29,485 nt of DNA from Candidatus Micrarchaeota archaeon (lineage in GTDB: Archaea > Iainarchaeota > Iainarchaeia > Iainarchaeales > JAGVWC01), in contig JAZDJR010000023.1 in assembly GCA_043803815.1 (NCBI GenBank), forward strand, positions 1-29,485, written 5' to 3'. The translations under genes and the position numbers were made by a program. Under the pieces are notes generated by a model. That model was given only the letters and a program-made list of their open reading frames with translations. It made no database searches and had not been told where the DNA came from. The stretch's first letter is position 1. Each line of letters begins with the position of its first letter. Below, one piece after another: positions 1-9,763 of this stretch.

Positions 1-225
1 ACGGCCATCCAGGCACAGGCCTTTTTGGACAACCTTTTTTCAAAACCCGAAAAGAACTGGTCGCCGCGCTATGCGCAAACCCAACCACTGGACAATGGCA
101 TTCAATGGTATGCAGACCGCAGCCGCGAAATCCTTTCCGACTTGTCGGGCAATCCGAATAATTTCGCTTTCTTTGACCAAACCCGAAAGAGCATGCTTGA
201 TTTTATTGTGGCGTTGGTGCAGTAG
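1..225 (+). CDS. 3' end of a hypothetical protein (partial, starts before window)
   Basis: Frame 1 is open from position 1 to TAG at 223-225; no recognisable motif. Confidence 0.6.
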   Translation, partial: TAIQAQAFLDNLFSKPEKNWSPRYAQTQPLDNGIQWYADRSREILSDLSGNPNNFAFFDQTRKSMLDFIVALVQ

Positions 226-339
226 TGAAGTGAACCACTGTTTTCTGCAATGGTTCCATTTAAGAATTATATCGGCAATTATTCCCGGAGTTTCGAAAAG
301 AAATCATTATTAATCCGAAAGGGGGTTGTTGTTTTTAGT

Positions 340-846
340 ATGGTAAAATTTGCTTCGGTTGAATTGAACCGTTTTCATGCCGCGGGAATTATTATCGTTG
401 CCAGTGTGATTGTTTCCCTTGTTTTTGGAACCGGCCTTGTAGGCCGAGCATTTTCCTATCCGGCCGGCGCGGTATGCGAAAAAAGCTGCACCGACCATTA
501 CGCAATTATTTGCCCTTCGGATTCAGCAAACACCGCTGTTTCTCCCGCCGGCAACGGCTGGACACTGGATTCCACAGGCAAAGCATGGATAGCCGCAAAC
601 GCTTATGCCTATGACAGCGCTTACATGGGCGGCTGTTCTTTGGATTGCTCAAAAAAATGCGAAATTCCAACCGGCCCGAAATACAATGAATTTGTAAAAG
701 AAAAAGTCCTTCAAATCGCCGTCGCCAGGGAATATGAAAAGAAAAATAACGTTTTCTGCTATTACAACACTCCCGTTTTGGAAAATACCTGCGCAACCAT
801 CGGCCTGAATATGCTGACCCAAGCGCACCAAACCCCCGCAAAATAA
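340..846 (+). CDS. Cys-rich secreted or membrane-anchored hypothetical protein
   Basis: ATG at 340 preferred over 250 (GGGGGT upstream); hydrophobic segment GIIIVASVIVSLVFG followed by a domain with several Cys. Confidence 0.7.
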   Translation: MVKFASVELNRFHAAGIIIVASVIVSLVFGTGLVGRAFSYPAGAVCEKSCTDHYAIICPSDSANTAVSPAGNGWTLDSTGKAWIAANAYAYDSAYMGGCSLDCSKKCEIPTGPKYNEFVKEKVLQIAVAREYEKKNNVFCYYNTPVLENTCATIGLNMLTQAHQTPAK

Positions 847-855
847 ATGCGGTTT

Positions 856-1851
856 TTATTCGAATTCGGTCAATGCCAATTGATTTTGCTTTCCTAAGGG
901 CCGGCAGGGAATTTTAAGCCTGCGCGAAACCGCATTGGCCAGTTCTCTTGCAAAACCATGTACGGTATACACCTGTTTTGGAGCGCAATCCCGGACAAAT
1001 TGCATAAGGCCCGCAAAATCCGCGTGGTCGCTGAGCGGAAAAATCTTGTCAAAACCGCTTCGATAGCTCCAGCCCGTTGAATTAGCCGTAACCACTTTTT
1101 TTTGCACGCCGAATTCAAGTGCGGATACCAAATGCTTGTCCATCAAAGACGGCGGCAAAATCAAAACGCCGGACTCCTTCAAATTGTGCTCCAGCTTAAT
1201 GTATTTTCCCAAATGAACCCCGAATTTTTCGTACGTCTGGTTGATTTCAAAAATAGTCTCGTGAACCAGCGGAGCCGTATCCGCAAAATCGTTTACAATC
1301 CGCGTCAATTCCTGCGCTTTTCCCAAAGAATAGCCCGCCAATACCACAAAGCGATTATTGGCGGCTTGCCGCCTAATCCACTCGCCTATTTCCTCATGAA
1401 CGGCTTCCCGCAAAGGAAACGAATATTCGGGCAAGCCGAATGTAGACTCGATAATCAGGGTGTCGCAGGCTTGCGGTTTTGCCGCCTCGAACAAAACCGA
1501 ATCCACAGGATTAAAATCCGACGAAATCAAAACAGACTGGCCGTTTTCCAATAAAACTTGCGAAGAGCCCAGCACATGGCCCGCATTGTGAAGCGAAACC
1601 GAACAATCTTCCACATTAAATTTTTTTTCATATGAAACCGTTTTGACATTTTTCAATTCCGAATGGCGGTTCAAAAGCAAGGCCTGCGTTTCCGGAGTCA
1701 TCCACGCGGCCGCATGGCCGTTGGCAAAATGGTCGGAATGCGCGTGCGACACAATCGCGGTCATTTTCCTGTTTTTTTTGGAATGCGGGTCAATGACAAA
1801 CCCCGCGGAACCGTTGCGATACACCAAACCGTTGTCGAAAGAAAAAGGCAT
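856..1851 (-). CDS. Metallo-beta-lactamase/beta-CASP nuclease (similar to ligase-associated exonuclease family)
   Basis: Motifs SHAHSDH, AGHVLGS, ESTFG, YSLGKAQ, LSDHAD, VHG. Confidence 0.88.
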   Translation of the reverse strand: MPFSFDNGLVYRNGSAGFVIDPHSKKNRKMTAIVSHAHSDHFANGHAAAWMTPETQALLLNRHSELKNVKTVSYEKKFNVEDCSVSLHNAGHVLGSSQVLLENGQSVLISSDFNPVDSVLFEAAKPQACDTLIIESTFGLPEYSFPLREAVHEEIGEWIRRQAANNRFVVLAGYSLGKAQELTRIVNDFADTAPLVHETIFEINQTYEKFGVHLGKYIKLEHNLKESGVLILPPSLMDKHLVSALEFGVQKKVVTANSTGWSYRSGFDKIFPLSDHADFAGLMQFVRDCAPKQVYTVHGFARELANAVSRRLKIPCRPLGKQNQLALTEFE

Positions 1852-1884
1852 GCAAAGTAGTACAGCCTTGGACTAAAAAAAGCT

Positions 1885-3783
1885 TTAGGCGAATTTTGGC
1901 GGGTTTGTTCGTTTTTGAATCGTTTTTTTGAGCAGTTCCGAGATTTTTTCTCCGCTTGTTTTTCCGCGCAGTTCTTTCATCGCATCACCCATCAAAGGAC
2001 CGATAGCCGCCATTCCTTTTTCCGCAACCAAAGCCTTGTTTTTTTCCACGATTCTTGCGATAACCGCTTCGACTTGGGAATCGCTTAAGGTTTGCGCGCC
2101 GGCTTGGGACAAGATTTTTTCAAGGGAGTCAAAGGGCTTGTTGCACCAGAACCGAAGAATATCCAATGCGGCTTCCTTGGCGATTTTGCCTTTTTTATGG
2201 AACTCGAAAAATTGCCCCAGTTTGAATCGGGTTAATTCTTCGATTGCGACTTTTTCCCTTTCCAATTGGGTCAGCGCTTCAAGCAAAATCCACGCCATAA
2301 AATTCGCGTTCATTCCTTTTTCAAGCTGACTTTCAAAAAACGGCGCAAAATTGTCCAGTTTCATCTGCTCGGCCAATTGTCTGGACAAGCCGTTTTTTTG
2401 GTATAAAACAAGGCGCTGTTCCGTGCTCAACGGCAAATTATTTTTTAGTTCGCTTAATTTCTTTTGGCTTATTTCAATGGGGCCAATATCGGTTTCGGGA
2501 TACATGCGCGACGCGCCGGGCAAAGGCCGCAGGTACTCCGTGTTTCCGCCATCGATGGCTTGTCGCGTCTCTTCGGGAACACCGGCCAAAGCCGATTGAC
2601 AGCGCTCCACCACAATTTGCAACGCGCGCCTGCATTTTTCGTTTTCGCCTGAAACCAAAACAAACGCATCGGAAAGGCCGCAATTCAAATGCTTTTTTAC
2701 TTTTTCAACCTCGACAGCCGTTACGCCGTACGCGGGAAGCTCGTCGGAATGCAAAATTCCCGACAAGCCGGTCTTGGTTTTCACATAATTGGCGACTTCG
2801 GTCCCGAACCGACGGTTAGGCTGGACTTCAAAGCCGAAAATTCCTTCAAACTGCGGAATGCAAATCCCGAAAACGGTTTTATCCTTCAAAAATTTGCAGT
2901 CCGAACCGGAAAAAACCGCGGAACAGTCGGTTACGGGCTGGCGAAGTTCGACTTTCGAAATCCCGTTGTCCAACAATTTGCGCTTAATTTCCAGCAAACC
3001 CTGCTGGCGGCAGATTTCGCGGCGGACATACTCATCAATCAGCTCCAGTTCCTGGACGCCTTTGACTTCCACGCGGCTGCCGCCAACAATCGAAATGTTC
3101 AGGTCTTGGCGGATCGAACCCAAGCCCCGCTTGGCGTTTCCCGTTCGGCGAAACAACTCGCCGATAGCCAAAGCGGCTTGCTTGGCTTCCTGCGGCGTTG
3201 CAATGTCCGGCGCCGTTGCCAGTTCAATCAAGGGAATTCCCAAGCGGTCCAAACGATACGTTACGGTAGTTTCGGTTTTGGACATCGGCCGAGCGGCATC
3301 CTCTTCCAAAGCCAACGACTGAATGCCGATTTTTTTATTTCCAATATTGATTGCACCGTCTACCGCAATTAACACCGTGCGCTGAAAACCGCTGACATTG
3401 GAACCGTCAATCACGATTTTGCGCATGGTTTGGCAAAGCGGAATAATCGTTGCACCCGCCATCAAACTGACCTGCAAAACAGTATCCAGCGCTTTTGGAT
3501 TCGCGGGAAGCGGAGGCTGATCGTCGCACTCGATAGGGCAATTGCAGTCGTTAAACGCCTCGTACTCGTACGAAAACCCTTTTTGGTAGGCTTCCAAAGC
3601 CGCGGCATCGTACTCGCCGAGTTCGGAAGCAACAGGCCGCAGGCGCCTGCGGATTTTATAATCGAATTTTTCCTCTTCGTGCAGTTTTCCCGGGCAGCGG
3701 CAAAACAATTTTCCCGTATCCAGCTGCTGGTGAACTTCCAAGCCGCATTTCAAGCCGATTTTGGAATAGTCTGTTTCTTGCAT
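1885..3783 (-). CDS. gatE: Glu-tRNA(Gln) amidotransferase subunit E
   Basis: GLKCGLEVHQQL, MRKIVIDGSNVSGFQRT, LEEDAAR, RLDRLGIPLIE, RGLGSIRQD, RMYPETD, C-terminal Yqey-like domain; 632 aa; near gatD. Confidence 0.97.
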   Translation of the reverse strand: MQETDYSKIGLKCGLEVHQQLDTGKLFCRCPGKLHEEEKFDYKIRRRLRPVASELGEYDAAALEAYQKGFSYEYEAFNDCNCPIECDDQPPLPANPKALDTVLQVSLMAGATIIPLCQTMRKIVIDGSNVSGFQRTVLIAVDGAINIGNKKIGIQSLALEEDAARPMSKTETTVTYRLDRLGIPLIELATAPDIATPQEAKQAALAIGELFRRTGNAKRGLGSIRQDLNISIVGGSRVEVKGVQELELIDEYVRREICRQQGLLEIKRKLLDNGISKVELRQPVTDCSAVFSGSDCKFLKDKTVFGICIPQFEGIFGFEVQPNRRFGTEVANYVKTKTGLSGILHSDELPAYGVTAVEVEKVKKHLNCGLSDAFVLVSGENEKCRRALQIVVERCQSALAGVPEETRQAIDGGNTEYLRPLPGASRMYPETDIGPIEISQKKLSELKNNLPLSTEQRLVLYQKNGLSRQLAEQMKLDNFAPFFESQLEKGMNANFMAWILLEALTQLEREKVAIEELTRFKLGQFFEFHKKGKIAKEAALDILRFWCNKPFDSLEKILSQAGAQTLSDSQVEAVIARIVEKNKALVAEKGMAAIGPLMGDAMKELRGKTSGEKISELLKKTIQKRTNPPKFA

Positions 3784-3786
3784 CGG

Positions 3787-4275
3787 TTACCTTTCGTTTT
3801 GTTCGGGCAATAAGGGTTTTTTTCCCAATAATGCGCGGGCTTCGTTTTCCGCAAATTCAACGACAACCAGATTGCTGCGAAGTTCTTTGATTAGGGTTTG
3901 CAGCGCATCAAAATCCTGGGCTCTTTCTGGAGGAAAGTTCCCCGCAACATTCCAGTCGTTATAATGCCGCAGGACTGCGCGTGCATCAGCCAAGTCTTGT
4001 TCAAGCGCTAACCGGAGGTTGTTTCCGTTTTTTTCTATTTTTGCAAATGTTGAAAGGGAAACCGATTTATTTTGAGCCAAATCACGTATGCCGTTTAATT
4101 CCGCAGTATGTTTTTGAATATTGGCTATTAACCGATTAAACAGTTCCATTCGACCGGTTTCGTTTTTGATGGCGCGCGTTCTTGCTTTTGTTTTTCTTTG
4201 AATTAGGCGCGCCGATATCCGGCTTTTTCGTTCCCTATTTTCCCGTTCCGTTCGAAAAACGATTCTTTTTGCCAT
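3787..4275 (-). CDS. Orphan helical protein with Arg/Lys-rich N-terminus
   Basis: 162 aa ORF packed between neighbours; no motif. Confidence 0.7.
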   Translation of the reverse strand: MAKRIVFRTERENRERKSRISARLIQRKTKARTRAIKNETGRMELFNRLIANIQKHTAELNGIRDLAQNKSVSLSTFAKIEKNGNNLRLALEQDLADARAVLRHYNDWNVAGNFPPERAQDFDALQTLIKELRSNLVVVEFAENEARALLGKKPLLPEQNER

Positions 4276-4288
4276 TTTTTCCCTTTTT

Positions 4289-4546
4289 TTAATCGATTTT
4301 TTTCACGCGCGAATGCTTGTACAAAAAGTATGCGGACACCAAGGTCCAGATGGCGTTGATGGTCAGAAAAACAATGTCGTTGATTTGAAGCGCGTACCAC
4401 GCGAGGATTCCTGAGCCCGCAAAGTTCAGACCGTTGTATTCAAAAGACAGCCATTTGGCGTGCTTGCGGTGCACAAGCAAAAAAGCAACAAACAAAAGGG
4501 AAATGCCGAACAATCCGATGACGACTTGAGGTTCGATAAGGGCCAT
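4289..4546 (-). CDS. Small three-TM membrane protein (CBU_0592-like)
   Basis: 85 aa, three hydrophobic segments, YNGLNFAGSGILAWYA...NAIW pattern. Confidence 0.75.
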   Translation of the reverse strand: MALIEPQVVIGLFGISLLFVAFLLVHRKHAKWLSFEYNGLNFAGSGILAWYALQINDIVFLTINAIWTLVSAYFLYKHSRVKKID

Positions 4547-4548
4547 AT

Positions 4549-5883
4549 TTATTCCTTGAATTGCAGGCTAGGATTTTGGCTGTTCAGCGGCTGGCGCTCG
4601 TTGATTTCGCCGACCATGTTTTCGCCGAACAATTTTTCGGCTTCCTTTTTGGAATAATTTCCAAGCAGCCACGCGAGTTTGATTAACGCGGTTTCCGCGA
4701 GCATGTCTTTTCCTTCCAGAACCCCGATGCTTTTGAGTTTTGGGCCCGCGCCGTACACGTGCATTTGCGTGCTCCCGAAAATGCATTGCGAAACCATGCC
4801 GACCACGCAGCCTTTTTTAATCAGGGATTCCAAGGCCTTGAAATTCCGGTCATTGGTCTTGTCTTTCGGGTCGCGGCTGATGACCGGCAAATGGCCAAGC
4901 CCTGTTCCTTCGACAATAAGCCCCTTGAATTTGAGCTTTTCAAATACTTTTATCTGTTCGGGAACCAGGGAGGGGTGCGATTTTAAGAGTCCGACTTTTT
5001 CTTCCAGTTTTATTTTAAACGACGCTTGCTTTTGGCTTTCTTTTCTCGGATAATTTTTATCCAAAAACTCGGTTTTGCCGCTGGCATAATCGATTCGGCC
5101 AATCGGCTTTGCGTTGACCGAACAAAACGCGTCCCTTCGCGAAGTATGAAGCTTCCGGGACTTGGTTGCGGGCAAAACAACGCAGGTCGAATCGTTTTCG
5201 TTTTCGTGCATGCAGATTCCGATGCCGCAAAAATCGGTTTTGGTGATAAAATCGACCGCGCAGGACAGGTTTTGGGCCGCGTCGCTACTCCCGCGGTCCG
5301 AACTTCGCTGGGCGCCGACCAAAAGAACCGGAATGGCCGGATTTTGGACCATAAACGCAAGTGCTGCGCTTGTATACGCCAAGGTATCCGTGCCGTGCGC
5401 GATAATGATTCCAGAAAATTTTTTCGCGTCCGCTTTTTCGATTTCTTTTGCAATGGCGCAGTACTGGAAAAACCGCATGTTTTCGCTTTCCATGCTTTCC
5501 ATTTTTCGGGTTTCAAAATTCGCTTTTTTTTCAAGCTCGGGAAACATGGTCAGCAGGTCCTGAGCCTCGAATCCCGCGGTCACGCCGCCGGTAGTATAAT
5601 CCACGCGGCTCGCAATGGTTCCGCCGGTATGCAAAATTAAAATCGAGGGCAATGCAGAGTTGAACGGAATGGTTTTGGCCGCGGGTTTTTGGGCTTTTTT
5701 GGATTCCCCGATTTTGGAAACCTTGATTTGGCTCAGGGAAAAACCCGCGTTATAGCCGCTTTTGAGCTTTAACTGAAGGGTTTTGGAATTGGCGCTTGGA
5801 ATCACGGTTCCTTCAAAGGACTTGCCTTCAAATTCCACCCGGACAAAGTCGCCGTTTTGAAAACTGCTTTTAGTGCCAACCAT
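4549..5883 (-). CDS. gatD: Glu-tRNA(Gln) amidotransferase subunit D
   Basis: N-terminal LKLKSGYNAG domain, TGGTIASRVDYTTG, HGTDT, GAQRSSDRGSSDA, RKLHTSRRDAF, GTGLGH. Confidence 0.97.
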   Translation of the reverse strand: MVGTKSSFQNGDFVRVEFEGKSFEGTVIPSANSKTLQLKLKSGYNAGFSLSQIKVSKIGESKKAQKPAAKTIPFNSALPSILILHTGGTIASRVDYTTGGVTAGFEAQDLLTMFPELEKKANFETRKMESMESENMRFFQYCAIAKEIEKADAKKFSGIIIAHGTDTLAYTSAALAFMVQNPAIPVLLVGAQRSSDRGSSDAAQNLSCAVDFITKTDFCGIGICMHENENDSTCVVLPATKSRKLHTSRRDAFCSVNAKPIGRIDYASGKTEFLDKNYPRKESQKQASFKIKLEEKVGLLKSHPSLVPEQIKVFEKLKFKGLIVEGTGLGHLPVISRDPKDKTNDRNFKALESLIKKGCVVGMVSQCIFGSTQMHVYGAGPKLKSIGVLEGKDMLAETALIKLAWLLGNYSKKEAEKLFGENMVGEINERQPLNSQNPSLQFKE

Positions 5884-6013
5884 TCCTTGAAATAAGAAAA
5901 AATGGTTTTTTAAGGTATCGCACCAAGACTAAACAAAAAACACCGCGTTTGCCGCATTTTTTGGCTTCATTTTTTCAAAATCCTAAAATCGGGTGAAGAA
6001 AATTCAAGCTTGG

Positions 6014-6988
6014 CTAGCGGCACTGGTCCTGAGTTAGTATTTCCGTTGTTTGGCTGAAAGAAAAATCACCCAATTCAAAAGAACCGGAACTTGCGGCCTG
6101 CCAGGCGTCCCGACAATCGATTCCCAAAGAACAATTCTCGCAAAAAAACTTGGACATGCACTCGCTTGTATCGCTGTTCCAGATTTTAAGCGGCGCAACT
6201 TCGGTTATAGGCCTGCAATCGGACGCCTGCGAACCGGTCACCTTTAGCGGCAGTTTTTTTTCGTCAAAACCCGCATTATCGCTTTCCGCGCGAACCACAA
6301 TTTCATAATTTCCGGGAGAATCCAATTCAATCGGGCCGATGGATAACCGCTGGAATTCGCTTGGACCCAAACTGTTCAACTCTTTTTCCCGGCCTTTGAA
6401 CGGCAATTCCAGCATCACGCCCGTAGGCTGTGCCTTGGTAATTTTTACGGTCACAATTCCGGGGCTGGCAACGAGCGCCCCTGAATTTTTTACTTCCAAA
6501 GCAACCGAAAACGGACGGTTCGCGCTTAAATCAAACGAGGACGGATACTCAAACCCCGACAATTCCAATTGGCCCGGCTTCAAGCCGAAAAAAATGGTGC
6601 AGGCAAAAAAATCGTATTTTTCATTGCAGCGCACAAAAACCGGGACCTTAATTGACGCCCCAAACGTCAAGGCCTTTGAATTCCACCTGATCTTTGACGA
6701 ACAATCCGCTCCGCTGTCACAGCAAAACTTCGGATCATTGCATTCAAACACGAGATCGGTTTTTGAATCCGAAAACGCGGAACTGGACAAGCCGCTTTGG
6801 CCGGAAAACTCAACTTCACCAAGACCCGAAGCCTGGCCGGAAAACGACTTGGCTGAAAAAACCGCCGAAGTTAATTTAGGAATCGGGTCGGTTTTTACCG
6901 TAAACAAATCCAAAAACCGGTCCGCAAAAACGTATAATAACGCCACCGCAATTACTGCCACTACCAATAAACTAAACGCCGACGCCAT
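6014..6988 (-). CDS. Membrane-anchored Cys-rich surface protein with CARDB/Ig-like domain
   Basis: N-terminal hydrophobic helix; VALEVKNSG...PGNYEIVVRA Ig-like pattern; Cys clusters. Confidence 0.75.
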   Translation of the reverse strand: MASAFSLLVVAVIAVALLYVFADRFLDLFTVKTDPIPKLTSAVFSAKSFSGQASGLGEVEFSGQSGLSSSAFSDSKTDLVFECNDPKFCCDSGADCSSKIRWNSKALTFGASIKVPVFVRCNEKYDFFACTIFFGLKPGQLELSGFEYPSSFDLSANRPFSVALEVKNSGALVASPGIVTVKITKAQPTGVMLELPFKGREKELNSLGPSEFQRLSIGPIELDSPGNYEIVVRAESDNAGFDEKKLPLKVTGSQASDCRPITEVAPLKIWNSDTSECMSKFFCENCSLGIDCRDAWQAASSGSFELGDFSFSQTTEILTQDQCR

Positions 6989-6989
6989 T

Positions 6990-7232
6990 TTACCGCCTTT
7001 TTTTCACAAACAACACGTGAAACTCTTTTTTGACCAGCCACTTGATAGCATAGCCGATTGCAAAGGCAAAAATCAAAAAATAAACCAGGTTTTCCCAGCT
7101 TCCGCCGACCCACAAAACCTTGCGGAACTCGCCGGCATACTCGTCAAACCGAATCAAAAACAAAATCGCGACAATAAACACAACGGCAAACACAAACAAG
7201 CGAACCAAAAAACCCGCATTTTTACCCAGCAA
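6990..7232 (-). CDS. Small two-TM membrane protein
   Basis: Host-like part of ORF 6990..7484; TTG start at 7232 preferred because the longer ORF overlaps AT-rich ORF 7325..7513. Confidence 0.6.
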   Translation of the reverse strand: MLGKNAGFLVRLFVFAVVFIVAILFLIRFDEYAGEFRKVLWVGGSWENLVYFLIFAFAIGYAIKWLVKKEFHVLFVKKRR

Positions 7233-7324
7233 AACAATCCCTTTGCTTGAACTAACTCGCTTCAATAATAAAAAGGTTGCGGGGAAAATGGCTTTGTTAA
7301 ATAAGTAGCGTTTGTTAAAAAAAG

Positions 7325-7513
7325 TCATTTTTTCGTTTTTATTAAAATTAGACATATAATTACAGCAATCACTGAAATCCCAAACATAATCCAAGAATAT
7401 GAAAGTGCATTTTGATTCTGGCTGATTTTCCAAACATTTATTATGCTCATTAGGCCAATCCCTATCCAAATACAAATACCCCACTCTAATTGTCTTTCGT
7501 TTTTGTTTATCAT
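7325..7513 (-). CDS. Small two-TM peptide, AT-rich, paralog of 7510..7698
   Basis: 62 aa; WGICIWIGIGLMSIINV; ATGA overlap with the upstream paralog. Confidence 0.7.
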   Translation of the reverse strand: MINKNERQLEWGICIWIGIGLMSIINVWKISQNQNALSYSWIMFGISVIAVIICLILIKTKK

Positions 7514-7698
7514 TTTTTCGCCCTTTTCAATAAAATTATATTTAAAATTAAACCAAGAATAGCAACACCTGTTATCAAATAATTATAAAATAAAATATTG
7601 CCTTGAGCAGCACTCCTATAATTCATAATCATATTGATTATACTATAAATGCCGCCACCAATCCAGAAACCGATTCCATATTTATTTAATTCACTCAT
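7510..7698 (-). CDS. Small two-TM peptide, AT-rich, paralog of 7325..7513
   Basis: 62 aa; YGIGFWIGGGIYSIINM; basic C-terminus; TATA-like AT box about 30 nt upstream. Confidence 0.7.
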   Translation of the reverse strand: MSELNKYGIGFWIGGGIYSIINMIMNYRSAAQGNILFYNYLITGVAILGLILNIILLKRAKK

Positions 7699-7814
7699 AC
7701 TAAGCTAACTAGACATACTCGGTATATATTAATCGTTTTTGTTTCCTTTTTCCCCGCCTTTTCTTTTTCTTCAAGATCCAGCAGCAAAGACACAACTAAC
7801 ACAATAACTGAAAC

Positions 7815-9683
7815 TTATCCTTCCGTCTCGCCCGCGTCTTCCACCAACTGCACTTTGCCCTGCTTTTCATACATCGATTGGATTTCACTTACGGTGGTAG
7901 CGTCTTCGGGCAATCGGTCGATTCGAAAACTAATCATGCGCGGAAAGCGAAGCGCAAATCCTTCACCGCCCGCGGTTTTTCCCGCGCAGTGAATCGGGCT
8001 TTTGGTGATTTCGTCCGCGCGGACCTCGATGACGATTTTGGGTTCCACCCAAAAATCGGGTTCCAGTTCGCTCGCCACGTTTTTGGGCTTTTGTTTCACC
8101 TTTAATTTGGATAATTGCTCTTCAAGTTCGGACAAGACCTGTTCGGTCATGCCGGTCCCGATTTTGGCGATGCTTGCAAACGAATCGTTTTCCTTGTCGT
8201 ACACCGCGGTCAATAGTCCCCCCAAGCCGAACTGGGTTCGTTTTCCTTTTCCGGAATAATAACCGATTATCACAACGTCCGCGGAATCCTGCAGTTCACC
8301 TTTGTACGAGCGCTTCAATTTTATCCACGCGAATTTTCTGGCGCCCGCAATATAGCGCGCAGCCAAGTCCTTGGCGATGATTCCTTCCAATCCGCGGGAA
8401 ATGCTTTCCTCGAAAAACGCGTTGAGTTCGGACGCCTTATCCGTAATAATCATCTCGGTCAGCGAAAGAATCGGGCCTTTTTTGATGATGCTTTCCAGTT
8501 TTTTTCTGCGCTTCAAAAACGGCTGTTCCATGAGGTTTTCGTTGTTTACCATTACCACGTCAAAGCAAAGCAGTTTGAGGGGAAACTCCTCGGATTTTTC
8601 GGCAATGCCGTATTTTCGCTTGCGTTGAATCGTCACCTGAAACGAAAAAAACTCGCCGGTTTCTTCCTTAAACGCGATTGCTTCGGCTTCAAAAATCGCC
8701 TGCTTTGGAATAATCTGTTCCTGAATCGCTTTCACCAAATCCGGAAAGCTATTCGTCATGTTTTCGGACTGGCGCGAAAAAATCCAGACTTTTTCTCCGT
8801 CCTTGTGGCATTGCAGGCGAAACCCGTCGAGCTTGGTTTCCACCGCGCACTTCCCGAGCTTTTCAATGATTTCTTCCCCGCTGTTCAGCCGCTCCGCCAA
8901 GGTGGGGCGAATCGGGATTCCCGAACGCAATTCGATTTTTTTCAATCCCTTCAAGCTGCGCTCCAAAACATTTTGAACCACGAGGCCCAAATCGGGATGC
9001 ACGTTGTATTTTTCCTCGATTAATTCGCGCACGTAACGCTTGATTTTGAGTTCCAACTCTTCGGACCGCTCTTTTTCTTTTTTGGATTTTAATTCCGACT
9101 CAAACTGTGCAACCTGTTTTTTGTTTTCTTTTTTGAAATTTTCCGCTTCATTTACGGCCAGCGCGTCCATAATCGTCGGGTCGCCGACTCCCAAGCGCAA
9201 TTGTTCCATCGGAATCCGGACTATAAACCGCGCTTCCAAAGAAGACGCGCTGTTCAGCAATTCCGCCAGCATGCGGATTTTGGATTCCTGGCTTCCTGAA
9301 CCTTGCGCATGCGCGATTTTTTGCATGTTGTCAAACACTTTTTTCAGGGACAATACCTGAGACGAAAACGACTGCTGTTTTTTTTGGGCGACAAAATATT
9401 CCGCGGTTTCCCCCAAATCGCCGTTTTCCTTGAATTTTTTGTTCACCTGAACCGGAGAAAAGCCCGCGACTTTTCCAATCGCCTGTTCGACAAATTTTTC
9501 ACCCATTCCGATTTTGACGTTTTCATAATCGGGGGCGAGTTTTCCCTGCAACAAATAAACAAACGGGGCTGCTTCCAAAAACGGCAACTCGTGGAAAAAA
9601 ACCGCTAACTGGCTTGTCATTTCCAGGCGCGAACCGGTTTTTTCAAGGCCATCGAACAATTCCGCGATTTTTTTAAATTCCAT
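7815..9683 (-). CDS. lig: ATP-dependent DNA ligase
   Basis: Motif I ETKLDGFR, EGIIAK, WIKLK, OB domain, LRFPR; N-terminal DNA-binding domain. Confidence 0.97.
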   Translation of the reverse strand: MEFKKIAELFDGLEKTGSRLEMTSQLAVFFHELPFLEAAPFVYLLQGKLAPDYENVKIGMGEKFVEQAIGKVAGFSPVQVNKKFKENGDLGETAEYFVAQKKQQSFSSQVLSLKKVFDNMQKIAHAQGSGSQESKIRMLAELLNSASSLEARFIVRIPMEQLRLGVGDPTIMDALAVNEAENFKKENKKQVAQFESELKSKKEKERSEELELKIKRYVRELIEEKYNVHPDLGLVVQNVLERSLKGLKKIELRSGIPIRPTLAERLNSGEEIIEKLGKCAVETKLDGFRLQCHKDGEKVWIFSRQSENMTNSFPDLVKAIQEQIIPKQAIFEAEAIAFKEETGEFFSFQVTIQRKRKYGIAEKSEEFPLKLLCFDVVMVNNENLMEQPFLKRRKKLESIIKKGPILSLTEMIITDKASELNAFFEESISRGLEGIIAKDLAARYIAGARKFAWIKLKRSYKGELQDSADVVIIGYYSGKGKRTQFGLGGLLTAVYDKENDSFASIAKIGTGMTEQVLSELEEQLSKLKVKQKPKNVASELEPDFWVEPKIVIEVRADEITKSPIHCAGKTAGGEGFALRFPRMISFRIDRLPEDATTVSEIQSMYEKQGKVQLVEDAGETEG

Positions 9684-9763
9684 GCCAAAAATAGGCTAAA
9701 ACCCAATAAAAAGAATTCCCAACCGCATTTTTAATTAAAACCCGCTTCAAATTAGGTATACCA

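Noticed and set aside
6339-7250. 303-aa plus-strand ORF
   Set aside because: Antisense shadow of better supported minus-strand genes
7233-7484. N-terminal extension of ORF 6990..7484
   Set aside because: Overlaps the paralog-supported ORF 7325..7513 in another frame
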